A stretch of DNA of 64,000 nt, from assembly GCA_963701305.1 (NCBI GenBank), contig OY969586.1, forward strand, positions 2,825,509 to 2,889,508, in the 5' to 3' direction. Below the pieces are notes generated by a model, which was given only the letters and a program-made list of their open reading frames with translations, made no database searches and was not told where the DNA came from. How positions within the stretch are numbered: the first letter of the stretch is position 1; each line of letters starts with the position of its first letter. Below, piece by piece: positions 55,328 through 64,000 of this stretch. Both the position numbers and the translations under genes were made by a program. The stretch is from Candidatus Aminicenantes bacterium. GTDB lineage: Bacteria > Acidobacteriota > Aminicenantia > Aminicenantales > CAVYOD01.

Positions 55328-58201
55328 TTATTTTTTTGGCTCCTCGGCTTTTTTCTCTTCGGGCTTCTTGAAAAGAGCGTTGACATCGCGTTTCCCCCGC
55401 TCGAGGTAGCGCACGCCCTTCTCCATCCACTCCGGCCGAGGCCTGCCGAGCAGGTAGTGGTCGAAGAACTCGTCCAGGAAGACGGTCCAGTATTTCTGGT
55501 TCTCGCGCTCCCTCAAGCCGTGCTTCTCGCCGTTGAAGTTGAACATGTAGGCTTCCTTGCCGAGGTGCCGCAGGGCCGAGAAGAACTCGATCCCCTGGTA
55601 CCAGGGCACGGCGTCGTCCTCGTCGTTGTGAATGGTGAGGTAAGGGGTGTTCACTCGCTCCACCCAGAAGAGGGGAGAGTTCTCGATGAATTGAGCGACA
55701 CGCGACCAGAGCGGCGCGCCGATCCGGCTCTGCGACTTCTCGTATTGCCAGGCCCGTGACATCCCAGACCCCCACCGGATGCCACCGTAGGCGCTCGTCA
55801 TGTTAACGACCGAAGCGCCCGCTTCCACCGCGGCGAACATGTCGGTCTGGGTGATCATGTAGGAAATCTCGTAACCACCCCAGCTATGGCCTTGAATGCC
55901 GACGCGCTTCGGGTCGATGAAACCCATGCCGAGGACCTTCTCCACGGCCGGGATGACGCACTTGAGAGCGCTCGGCCCCGGGTAGCCGACCTTGTAGATG
56001 ATGTCGGGCAGGAGTATGACGTAGCCGTTGCTGACGTAACGGGTGAAATTGATGTTCGTCCCAGGCGCCGGCGAATAATGTCGGTGCAGCCCGTCGGCCA
56101 TGGTTTCGTAGATATAGACCATGAGCGGGTATTTTTTCGAGCCATCGAAATCGTCGGGCTTGATAAGGACGGCCGGGAGGACGATGCCATCCCCGTTGAC
56201 ATAATCAATGAGCTCGGCCTTCCCCCAATTGTACTCGGCCTGCTGAGGGTTGGCGTCGGTTACCTTGTGGGCGCCGGCGAAGTCGGCGTCGCTCACCCAC
56301 AGGTTCGGGAACTCATCGAACCGCTGCCAGGTGAAAGCGTAGACGTCCGCGTTCTTGGCTTTGAGGAGGCCGTCGAAAAGCTTGTCGATCATGATGACTT
56401 GACCCGGTTCGGCCGGGTTCGCGAGGGTCACTCGGTATGCGCCTGAGGCCTTGGTCACGTCATTGGTGGCCGTCAAGACGATGGCTTCCTTGGTGGGGAC
56501 CGTTTTCTGGTCCGGGTCGAGGCCCTCGTATCTAAAGACAAGTCTGTCCCGGCGCCCGACGCCGTTCGTGATCATTCTGGCTCCGCCCCCGTCAGGGAAG
56601 ATTTCCCAGATGTCGTAGCGGTCGAAAATAAGGACCGACTTGTCTCCATCCGTCCAGCCCCCGGTTCCGCAAGGAGGCGGCTCGCTCGGCATGTCCCAGG
56701 TTTCGTCGACGATGCCGACGCCGAGCTTGCCGGTCAGGTTGAACGTTTTTCCATCCGAGACGCGATAAGCGTAATAATTCCGGTCCCCATCATTAAAATA
56801 GAGCAGATAATTCCCGCCGGGCGAAATGGTTGCGCCGTAGCGCGACTTTTCCACGATCTTTTTCCTCGAGCCGTCGGCCAGGCTTACGAGATAAATGTCC
56901 TCATAATTCTGATCCCAAGAGCTGAGCTGGCGATAGGGGAGGTTGGAGCTGCCGACGGCAAGCTTCGCGTCCTCAGACAGTGTGATCTCAGGCACCTCCT
57001 CCGTTGCCAGCTGAACGAACCTCTTCCCTTTGGGACCGAAATGGATGACGCACATCAGGGAGCGCTTTTTTTCGTCGTCGGCCTGGACCTTCTGCATGGT
57101 CTGGAGATAGGGGTCTTTCCAGCTCCAGATGTCGACTTTGACAGGCTCCGGAGCGTCCTTCGGCTCCTGCTTCGGAGCCGTGGCGATGCCGAAGAAGAGC
57201 CGGCTGCCGTCTTTCGAAAAGGTGAGCTTGCCATTTTCGCTTACGGCCATGCCGGCCGGGAAATTGTTGGCCTGGGCCGACACGAGTTCCACAGCTGCCG
57301 CAGAAGGCAGCGCCCAATAGTAGAGCTTGGAGACGGATTTATCCGGCTTGTAGTCGTCGCGGTCGCTGGTGAAGGCCAACTGGCCGCCCTTCTCGTCGAA
57401 GGCGAAGCCCTTGTAGTTCCCGAAACCCTTAAGAAGGGTGACGGTCTTTCCGGAGGCCGTCTCCCGGGCGAAGGCGCCGTCGTTTTCCGGAGTCTTGGAG
57501 GAGACGCCGTAGGCCAGCCACACACCGCTCTTTGGCCAAGCGTACTCAACAACCTCGGCGACCTTCGTCTCCTTTCCCGTGCCCAACTCCCGGACGATGA
57601 GGTCTGTTCCGGGCTCCTTTTTCTTTTCCTCTTTCTTTTGGTCCTTGCCCTCCTCTTTTTTGGCCTCTTCCTTCTTTTCGTCCGCCTTCTTCTCTTCAGC
57701 GGACTTGAGCGGCGGCTCCAGGAGGTAGGCGATCGAGGCGCCGGATTCTTCCGGGATCTTGAAGCTCTTGACCCGCTCGACCGTTGAGACCTCACCGGTA
57801 GACAGGTTCATGATGCCGAGGCCGGGCTTGGGCTGCTCCTCGGGTTTTTTCTTATCCTTTTTTGCCTTGTCCACCTCTGCCTTGAGCGGCGCGATAGTGA
57901 ATGCGACGAATTTGCCGTCGCTTGTGATCACAGGCTGCTTTCCGCGCGCGGAACGGAACTCCTTGTTTGTTTTCAGGTTCAGGGCGACGAGCTCGCCGTC
58001 TCCGTCCTCGAGGACAAGGGCGTAAACGAGCCATGTGCCGTCCCGCGAAATCTGCGTCCCCTGGATCGACCGCCAGCCGTCGTAAGCGTCGTAGGAGAGC
58101 GGCTTCTTGGAAGCCAGCGCGTGGCTCGCAGCCGACGCAAACGCCAAAATCAAGAAACTGCTAAGAAAAACAAACCTGATGCTCGGATGACGACGTTTCA
58201 T
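55328..58201 (-). CDS. S9-family serine peptidase (prolyl oligopeptidase / dipeptidyl aminopeptidase type) with an N-terminal beta-propeller
   Basis: This is ORF 55328..58243 with the start at MKRRHPSIRFVFLSSFLILAFASAASHA after RBS ggagga. The catalytic motif is GIQGHSWGGYEISYMI, and the C-terminal region has D and H. There is a lysine/glutamate-rich low-complexity insert. Confidence 0.85.
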   Translation of the reverse strand: MKRRHPSIRFVFLSSFLILAFASAASHALASKKPLSYDAYDGWRSIQGTQISRDGTWLVYALVLEDGDGELVALNLKTNKEFRSARGKQPVITSDGKFVAFTIAPLKAEVDKAKKDKKKPEEQPKPGLGIMNLSTGEVSTVERVKSFKIPEESGASIAYLLEPPLKSAEEKKADEKKEEAKKEEGKDQKKEEKKKEPGTDLIVRELGTGKETKVAEVVEYAWPKSGVWLAYGVSSKTPENDGAFARETASGKTVTLLKGFGNYKGFAFDEKGGQLAFTSDRDDYKPDKSVSKLYYWALPSAAAVELVSAQANNFPAGMAVSENGKLTFSKDGSRLFFGIATAPKQEPKDAPEPVKVDIWSWKDPYLQTMQKVQADDEKKRSLMCVIHFGPKGKRFVQLATEEVPEITLSEDAKLAVGSSNLPYRQLSSWDQNYEDIYLVSLADGSRKKIVEKSRYGATISPGGNYLLYFNDGDRNYYAYRVSDGKTFNLTGKLGVGIVDETWDMPSEPPPCGTGGWTDGDKSVLIFDRYDIWEIFPDGGGARMITNGVGRRDRLVFRYEGLDPDQKTVPTKEAIVLTATNDVTKASGAYRVTLANPAEPGQVIMIDKLFDGLLKAKNADVYAFTWQRFDEFPNLWVSDADFAGAHKVTDANPQQAEYNWGKAELIDYVNGDGIVLPAVLIKPDDFDGSKKYPLMVYIYETMADGLHRHYSPAPGTNINFTRYVSNGYVILLPDIIYKVGYPGPSALKCVIPAVEKVLGMGFIDPKRVGIQGHSWGGYEISYMITQTDMFAAVEAGASVVNMTSAYGGIRWGSGMSRAWQYEKSQSRIGAPLWSRVAQFIENSPLFWVERVNTPYLTIHNDEDDAVPWYQGIEFFSALRHLGKEAYMFNFNGEKHGLRERENQKYWTVFLDEFFDHYLLGRPRPEWMEKGVRYLERGKRDVNALFKKPEEKKAEEPKK

Positions 58202-58361
58202 GGGATGTTCCTCCACGAAGAGATGGTAAAGGCCGATGGCCATAGTTCTCTGACTTTATCAAGGCACGGCGCTGAATGTCAATCGGCCCGGATGTCTTCG
58301 GAGCTTCAGCGTGATTTTCGGCTGTCCAACAGATGTCGGATGGCCGATATCGGATGGCGTC

Positions 58362-58862
58362 TCATCGCTCTTTGAGCAGCTTTTTTTTGTCCCGTACGGC
58401 CCGGAGAATATCAAGCGCCAGGCGTTTGAGGTCTGTCTCGGCGTAATCCGAGCTCCGCATCGTGACCATGCCCGCGGCGATGAAACAGGAGAGGTTTTTC
58501 ATGGATTTTGCATACCTGACATTCGGGTTGTTTTTTGTTTTTTCGAGAGCGGTGATCTGGATGGTCATGATCTCCTGGCCATCAAGCGTCTGGATCAAAA
58601 CGACAACGTGTTGGTCTTTGTTGGTATCATCGTCATCCAGGCCGATAAAAAACTCTCTTTTAATAAAGTCCTCACCGGGGTATTTGCCGAGATCTTTGAC
58701 TTCGCGATAGATCGTTCCCAGGACCTCAAGATGATCCTGGTTCCGATTCGAACGACCGGCGGACCCCGAGGCCCGGGGTGGACACGCAGAGACTGATAAT
58801 AGAACCAGGATGAGAACGGACGGAAGCGGGCCGATCATGCGCTTGGGCAAGCTCATTGTCAC
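58362..58862 (-). CDS. Hypothetical lipoprotein
   Basis: A signal peptide with a possible lipobox (LLSVSAC). I found no recognisable domain. Confidence 0.4.
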   Translation of the reverse strand: MTMSLPKRMIGPLPSVLILVLLSVSACPPRASGSAGRSNRNQDHLEVLGTIYREVKDLGKYPGEDFIKREFFIGLDDDDTNKDQHVVVLIQTLDGQEIMTIQITALEKTKNNPNVRYAKSMKNLSCFIAAGMVTMRSSDYAETDLKRLALDILRAVRDKKKLLKER

Positions 58863-59099
58863 TACCTATATGTCCGCCTTGCCCTATCATCAGGCGGACG
58901 TTGACGCCGGCCCCGCAGCTCCGGGCAGACTAAGGTATCCGACTCCTCTTCGCTTGCCGGGGTGTCAATCCCTCGAAGGGAAAATCGCCACCAACGATTT
59001 TTGGATCTATGAGCCGGGGAATCCTGACGGCCAAAAAGCACCGCCTTCTCTCCCGCGCACTTCCCAGCTGCGCCCGGAGATCCCTGAAAAAATCAGTCC

Positions 59100-59261
59100 T
59101 TATTTTTTCTTCTTTTTGGTCGGCTCGGATTTGGCCGGCTCATCATGGTGATGTTCGTGTCCAGCTTCTTCCGGCTTTTCCTTGGTCAAGGGTATCTTGC
59201 ACGTGGTGCACTCGATGAAATCCTTGGGGTATTGCTCCCAGCACTTGGGGCAGAAAGGCAT
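59100..59261 (-). CDS. 53-aa zinc-ribbon protein with a His-rich and Lys-rich tail
   Basis: This is ORF 59100..59315 with the start at MPFCPKCWEQY after a strong RBS aggaggag. It has two CxxC pairs (CPKC, CTTC), then HEHHHDE, then KKKKK. Confidence 0.5.
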   Translation of the reverse strand: MPFCPKCWEQYPKDFIECTTCKIPLTKEKPEEAGHEHHHDEPAKSEPTKKKKK

Positions 59262-59448
59262 GATCTCCTCCTGTTTTGGAGTTGGGGACAGGGCCACTGG
59301 GCTTCCTATCTCCACTCATAGATATAATAATAGGTTTCGGCGGAATTCTCAAGTGGGCCGGCTCTTCCAAGCTAAAATTGCTTTCGAACAACCCGGATAT
59401 GGTGCTTTTCCAGGGCGGGGATGACATCTCACGCTCCTTGAGCTTGCG

Positions 59449-60924
59449 TCATTTTTCTATGGTCTTATTTCTCCTCCAATGGAAGTAGAACGGGAGGGAG
59501 AGAAGCAGCAAGAAGATGCCGATGATCGCGTTTCGCGTGTCTTCGACCAAGGTGTTGTAAAGAAACCAGCCCGCAACGGCCACGAACAAAAGCGTTGCGT
59601 ACGGATATCCCCAGGCCTTGTATGGTCTCGGTGCGTCGGGCATTTTTCGCCTGAGCACGACGACCGACAAGGCGGTCAGGGCATAGAAACCCCACGAGCC
59701 GAAGACGACGTAGGAGATGATCTGGTCATACCGGCCGCTCAGGGTGAGAAATCCTCCCCAGATTCCGATCGTCGTGATGGCGACCGAGGGCGTCCGGAAA
59801 CGAGGGTGCACTCTGCCGAAGCTCTTCGAAAATGTCCCGTCGGCGCCGGCCGCATAAATGGCCCGGGGAGCGCTCAGGATGGACCCGTTGGTCGTCCCAA
59901 AAGTCGAGCAGAGAATGCCGGCAATGATCAAAGAGACGCCAAGAGGGCCGAGCACGACCCGCGCCACATCAGCCGCGATGCGCGGAGAACCGGCCATCGC
60001 GTTAAGGGGAATAACATAGGCGTAGGCGAGATTCGCGGCCAGGTAGAGCAGAATCACGACGAGGGTGCCGAAGAGGAGCGAGAGTGGGACATTTCGTTTC
60101 GGATTCTTTATCTCCCCGGCGGTCAGGGTCACGGTGATCCATCCGTCGAAGGCCCACAGGGCCGAGATCATGGAAAGGCCGAACGCGGCCGTCAATTCTT
60201 TCGTCCACTCCTTGGGCCACCAGGGCAAAAAGTTCGCAGCGCTGCCCTTGCCCGAAAAGCAAACGGCGATGATCAAAGAGACGAGCGCGGCGACTTTTGC
60301 GAGGGTGAAGATGTTCATCACCCACCCGCCGAATCTCACCCCTCGCACATTGATGAAGGTGATGAGCGCGATCGTGGCCATCGCCACGATCTGGATCCAG
60401 CCGAAGGTGAATTCTTGGGGATGACCGAAAAGAGAATAACGGAACTTGAGGATCGAATTCTGAGGAGAAAGGGCGGGGAAGAAATGCCCGAGATAGGTCG
60501 CAAAGGCCACCGCGATGGCCGCGATGGACCCGGCGGCGTTGATGAAAAAATGATTCCAGCTGAACATGAAGCCCCAGACCCGGCCGAAGCTGTGGCTGAG
60601 GTAGACATAAGGGCCTCCAGCTTGAGGAAGCACAGAGCTGAGCTCGGCCAGGGTCAGGGCTCCGACGAGGGATAAGAATCCGCCCAGAATCCAAACCAGG
60701 AGAATGGGGCCCATGGCATGAAGATGGCCCGCGATCGTGGCCGGCACGACAAAGATGGCCGAGCCGATGACCATCCCGATATGGATCGACAGCCCCTCAC
60801 GCAGGCCGAGGGCCCGTATGAGCTGAGGTTGAGATGATTGTTTTTCCGAAGATTTAGTATCGTATCGTGGGGACAAGCTCATCGTTGACCCAGGAAGGGT
60901 ACCTAAAAGCGGAGATAATTTCAA
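59449..60924 (-). CDS. APC-superfamily amino-acid permease
   Basis: There are 12 predicted TM segments. LIRALGLREGLSIHIGMVIGSAIFVVP is the typical APC N-terminal motif. Confidence 0.85.
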   Translation of the reverse strand: MKLSPLLGTLPGSTMSLSPRYDTKSSEKQSSQPQLIRALGLREGLSIHIGMVIGSAIFVVPATIAGHLHAMGPILLVWILGGFLSLVGALTLAELSSVLPQAGGPYVYLSHSFGRVWGFMFSWNHFFINAAGSIAAIAVAFATYLGHFFPALSPQNSILKFRYSLFGHPQEFTFGWIQIVAMATIALITFINVRGVRFGGWVMNIFTLAKVAALVSLIIAVCFSGKGSAANFLPWWPKEWTKELTAAFGLSMISALWAFDGWITVTLTAGEIKNPKRNVPLSLLFGTLVVILLYLAANLAYAYVIPLNAMAGSPRIAADVARVVLGPLGVSLIIAGILCSTFGTTNGSILSAPRAIYAAGADGTFSKSFGRVHPRFRTPSVAITTIGIWGGFLTLSGRYDQIISYVVFGSWGFYALTALSVVVLRRKMPDAPRPYKAWGYPYATLLFVAVAGWFLYNTLVEDTRNAIIGIFLLLLSLPFYFHWRRNKTIEK

Positions 60925-61025
60925 CAGCTGGATATCGAGTCCGTGTCGCCTAAGCTCGGAATTCCTTGGATCCCGGTTTAACCCTATTTTGCTTCGACCA
61001 GTTGCGAACCGGCTCCCCGATTAGG

Positions 61026-61412
61026 CTATCGCCGGTAGCGTACGGCGACGCCGACGATGAGTCTTTCGCGATAAACCGCCGTTCCCCGCCAGTAGCTCCT
61101 GGCCACGACCCGGTCGCCGAAGTGTTTATCTTCAACTATCACGAGAGCATCGGCGCCCATCCGCGCTGCTTCCTCCCGAAGTCGGCCCTCGACGTAGTAA
61201 CGACTCTCTCTTGGGTCCGGTTTGATCCAGACTTCGCCCAGCTGGATATGGTCCCGTCGCGGCTCATTCCTCAGGAGCTCAACGCTTCCCGGATAGGTCG
61301 GGGCAAAGCGCGGCACTCCGGGATAAAAATGATACCCGACTCGTCTATAGCAGGAAACCAAACCCAGCGATAAGAATGCCAGGAGAAGCGCGATGAGCCT
61401 TTTGCCTTTCAT
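61026..61412 (-). CDS. Hypothetical lipoprotein
   Basis: This is ORF 61026..61433 with the start MKGKRLIALLLAFLSLGLVSC after RBS gggagga. Confidence 0.5.
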   Translation of the reverse strand: MKGKRLIALLLAFLSLGLVSCYRRVGYHFYPGVPRFAPTYPGSVELLRNEPRRDHIQLGEVWIKPDPRESRYYVEGRLREEAARMGADALVIVEDKHFGDRVVARSYWRGTAVYRERLIVGVAVRYRR

Positions 61413-61769
61413 TTTTCTTCCTCCCAACAGCAACTATTTTATATCCGTCTTTTACTATTCTAGCAAGAACCATACCAAGCAGTCAGGCACAAACGCAGGA
61501 TTTTCTTAATTTGCTTATTACCAGCAGGTTGGAGCCGAAATAAACCGTTGTCCGCCGCCTTTGAACGAACATTTTATTTCGTCCGGAGCGTTCACAAAAT
61601 GTCCTGTTTCGAGGACAGGGGAACTTCCAAGCGCCGCTCACCATTGTGGCCGCGGTCGTGCTGAGCTTCGGACTCGGGATGGTCGGGGCCAAGGAAAAGC
61701 TGGGAGTCCAAGTCTACGAGGGCCTGAAGCGAGACGACAGGCCTCTGCTTTTCTCTAAGCAGAGCGGGG

Positions 61770-62186
61770 TCACCAAAGATTCCTGAGTCCCAAGAATGAC
61801 TGAAAGACATAGAGGGACAGGATGCAGATTCCCAGGATGAAATGGGGTGTGCGCAGCGGAGAAGCGGGGCCCTTAATCTTCCTGGATATGAGGTAGGTGC
61901 TGACCAGCAGAACAACGATGCTCAGTCCGGTAAAGAGATGGAGGGGGAACTCGAAAAGCCTGCCTGTGTCGATAAGAACGAGGGCAAGGCCAGAGATGAA
62001 TCCAAACACGCCGAGTTTCATCAGCAGCGGGCCGTTCCGCCTGTGCCGTCTGACGGCGGGCATTGGAAAGGGCGCTTTTTTGCGCCTTGCCCTTCTGATC
62101 CGCAAGCCAAGCGCAGCCTGATAAAATAACAGGATCATGATCACGGCATTATATGAGCCGTGAACGTATTTAAGATACTGGAGCAT
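61770..62186 (-). CDS. Hypothetical membrane protein with 3-4 TM segments
   Basis: Its hydrophobic segments are VIMILLFYQAALGL, LGVFGFISGLALVLI, LSIVVLLVSTYLI and FILGICILSLYVF. It is directly downstream of the cupredoxin gene on the same strand. Confidence 0.45.
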   Translation of the reverse strand: MLQYLKYVHGSYNAVIMILLFYQAALGLRIRRARRKKAPFPMPAVRRHRRNGPLLMKLGVFGFISGLALVLIDTGRLFEFPLHLFTGLSIVVLLVSTYLISRKIKGPASPLRTPHFILGICILSLYVFQSFLGLRNLW

Positions 62187-62222
62187 CTTTTGAGCCCCAA
62201 GGCGCTTCGTCGTCCGCTGAGT

Positions 62223-62633
62223 CTACTCCACGACCTCAAGGATGCCGTGCATACCGCGGTCCGTGTGGCTCTTGGAAAAGGGCGCCTTCTTGGTGCACTT
62301 AAAAGGATATTTCCCGGCTTTCGTGGGTGTGAATTTGATCGTCTTCGGTTCTTTCCCCAGGGATTCGGAGAAGTCGACCCCCGCTTCGGGAGCTTTGAGA
62401 ACAATATTGTGCGGAGTGGAGCCTTCTTTCTTCACTTTGAGCTCCACCGGGACGTTCACCTTGACGACAATGACATTCGGGTCGAAATAGTAGCTCCCGC
62501 CGGTGATCTCCACTCGCTGGACGCCATCCGAATCGACAGAGGCGACAAGCCTCTTTTCAGTCCACTCTTGCGCCCAAACCAAGGAAGCGACGAGGAGTAC
62601 GAATATAGCGGCAAGCGTCTTAATGTATTTCAT
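62223..62633 (-). CDS. Secreted cupredoxin (type-1 blue copper) domain protein
   Basis: A signal peptide, then the candidate ligand set H(NIVL)...C(TKK)...H(TDRG)M(HG), giving a His-Cys-His-Met spacing. Confidence 0.6.
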   Translation of the reverse strand: MKYIKTLAAIFVLLVASLVWAQEWTEKRLVASVDSDGVQRVEITGGSYYFDPNVIVVKVNVPVELKVKKEGSTPHNIVLKAPEAGVDFSESLGKEPKTIKFTPTKAGKYPFKCTKKAPFSKSHTDRGMHGILEVVE

Positions 62634-62664
62634 GATACTCTCCTTTTGCCAATTATTTATATTT

Positions 62665-63177
62665 TTATTCTAGCATAGCTTGAAGAATCGATTGAAGAAT
62701 TGATACGAGAATTCTCGGGCTTCGCCATGCTAACCCTCCTGATCTTAAGTATATCATGGTTCCCGTCCCCGCAACCGGCCCGATAGTGGCACTGCCTCTA
62801 TTGATGCGGGAAGGTTTTCCGAGCGGCTCCCTCGGATCGAACCCGAACAAGAAGAGCGTCACCGGTCTTCCCTTGATCTTTGTGCTGGCCAGGACCCGCA
62901 GAACTCCCGCTGTGTCCTGAACGCCTTCCGACTTTTTGAATTCCTCGCCGAGGGCTATCGGCAGGAAAGACGAACTCCTGAGGAGGTTTGTGGAATTGCT
63001 TTCGCAAACCCAGATATCGGCCCTGTTTGCCTCAACATAGCCGGTCGATCCTCTCTTGACGCCCTCATACACCCCGAGCAGGAACATCATGAGCATGGCC
63101 GTCAGTCCCAGCCCCGCGGCGGTGATGAAAAAACGCGCTTTTTCCCTCCAGATCATGCGGCGCGCGATGGGAATCAT
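62665..63177 (-). pseudogene. N-terminal fragment (periplasmic-domain half) of an FtsX/MacB-like ABC transporter permease, truncated
   Basis: MIPIARRMIWREKARFFITAAGLGLTAMLMMFLLGV...VLRVLASTKIKGRPVTLFLFGFDP matches the TM1 plus MacB-periplasmic-core pattern. The ORF stops after about 170 aa without the C-terminal 3-TM bundle and is followed by AT-rich non-coding DNA. Confidence 0.4.
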
Positions 63178-64000
63178 TGCTCGAGCCTCCATTTTTTGCC
63201 CCAGGCATGATGCTCTTCGAGGAGCTGCTCCAAAGACGAGGTGCCCATTGCCCAGAGATTTCGGAGCGGGGCCATATCGACGGCGGATCTATCTCCGGAC
63301 GGGAGGACGAGTTCGAAACCCGGCCTTTCCATTACGAGGCCCAGCCGGATGGGACAGAAGTCCGTCTTCTCCGCGGCCGCCAAAAACTCTTGGACCGCTC
63401 GCTCCGGGACCGTAAAAACGAGCTCAAATTCACCGTGAATACCCGCTGCCATGAACCAATGTGGAATTCCTGTCCGGTCGCAGAATTGATAGACATCAGG
63501 GGAGAGGATCTTTCCCCAGTCAGCCTCGATGCTGAAACCGGCTTGATTCAGCCGGACGAGCTGGTCGAGTGTAATGAACAGTCCGTCGCTCGTGTCCATG
63601 CAGGAGGTGGCGAATCTTCGGATCAGTTTCCCTTCCTTGAGGCGCGCCACAGGCCTGTAGGAGGCCTCTGGGAAATAATGCTCGGGCATTCCGGCCAGCG
63701 CCCTCAAGCCCAGGGCGTTGCCGCGGCCCGCGCCCCCGCTGAGGAAGACCACGTCTCCCGGCCTGCCGCCGACGCGCATCAATTTTTCGCCCCGGGGCAC
63801 GAATCCGAAGGCGCAGCCTGTCAGGCTGAGCTCTCGGGCCGTGCTCGTATCACCCCCCAAGATAAACACGCCGAGCGCCTGACAGGCTGCGGCCATTCCT
63901 CGAGCGATTCCATCCCGGAAAATGTCCGCCTTAAGAGGGTCCAGGGCAACGCTGATGACGATTCCCAGGGCCTCGGCGCCCACCGCGGCCAGGTCGCTGA
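63174..64000 (-). CDS. AIR-synthase-related (PurM-superfamily) protein, likely thiamine-monophosphate kinase ThiL; the N-terminus lies beyond the window end
   Basis: VFILGGDTS...GEFELVFTVPERAVQEFLAAA resembles the ThiL GGDtt / DYELlFTvP motifs. The frame stays open to position 64000. Confidence 0.5.
   Translation of the reverse strand, partial: SDLAAVGAEALGIVISVALDPLKADIFRDGIARGMAAACQALGVFILGGDTSTARELSLTGCAFGFVPRGEKLMRVGGRPGDVVFLSGGAGRGNALGLRALAGMPEHYFPEASYRPVARLKEGKLIRRFATSCMDTSDGLFITLDQLVRLNQAGFSIEADWGKILSPDVYQFCDRTGIPHWFMAAGIHGEFELVFTVPERAVQEFLAAAEKTDFCPIRLGLVMERPGFELVLPSGDRSAVDMAPLRNLWAMGTSSLEQLLEEHHAWGKKWRLEQ

Noticed and set aside
59479-60675. 398-aa plus-strand ORF antisense to the APC permease
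   Set aside because: It is an extreme R/D/G/E low-complexity translation. The minus strand encodes 12 TM helices with APC signature motifs.
61645-61767. Possible 40-aa hydrophobic-then-charged small ORF (VAAVVLSFGLGMVGAKEKLGVQVYEGLKRDDRPLLF...) in the 61.4-61.8 kb intergenic region
   Set aside because: It has no ATG with an RBS (only GTG or an internal ATG). Such frames occur readily by chance at this GC content. It also overlaps a hairpin that fits better as the terminator of the upstream membrane-protein gene.

Overview
This is a 64 kb, high-GC (about 58-60%) chromosomal stretch of a Gram-negative bacterium, with lower-GC islets. The gene content points to an Acidobacteria-like protein degrader: two large BNR/sortilin-type secreted proteins, an Oar-like TonB-dependent receptor, S9 and S15(CocE) peptidases, amidohydrolases, a beta-lactamase-fold hydrolase and an APC permease. 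That taxonomic read is an inference from gene content, not a search result. I call about 55 features.

The best-supported ones are a complete selenocysteine incorporation operon (selA-selD-selB plus a tRNA-Sec(UCA) gene I folded by hand from the sequence), a divergent dnaK-dnaJ pair, a radical SAM enzyme, two MttB-superfamily methyltransferase paralogs, two SDRs and two NAD-epimerases.

The parts most worth a second look are:
- Directly downstream of selC there is a diverged direct repeat of the tRNA 3' part plus flank. It brackets a 1.9 kb decayed insert, next to a 2 kb AT-rich block. Together this looks like the remnant of an integrated element at selC.
- An ECF sigma factor and its ZAS anti-sigma factor sit beside a signal-peptide-bearing TPR-CHAT protease, a single-domain receiver and a small secreted Cys-rich protein. 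This resembles the Craspase/Csx30/RpoE logic, but there are no cas genes.
- A translationally coupled periplasmic TlpA-thioredoxin, a 44-aa CxxC membrane peptide and a NapH-like polyferredoxin form one tight module.
- A response-regulator receiver domain is fused to a TonB C-terminal domain.
- Two otherwise intact genes carry homopolymer frameshifts, and a third gene carries several.

No CRISPR array, rRNA or transposase was seen. Coordinates that come from the ORF track are exact. Start-codon refinements and RNA or regulatory sites were counted by hand and may be off by 1-3 nt.
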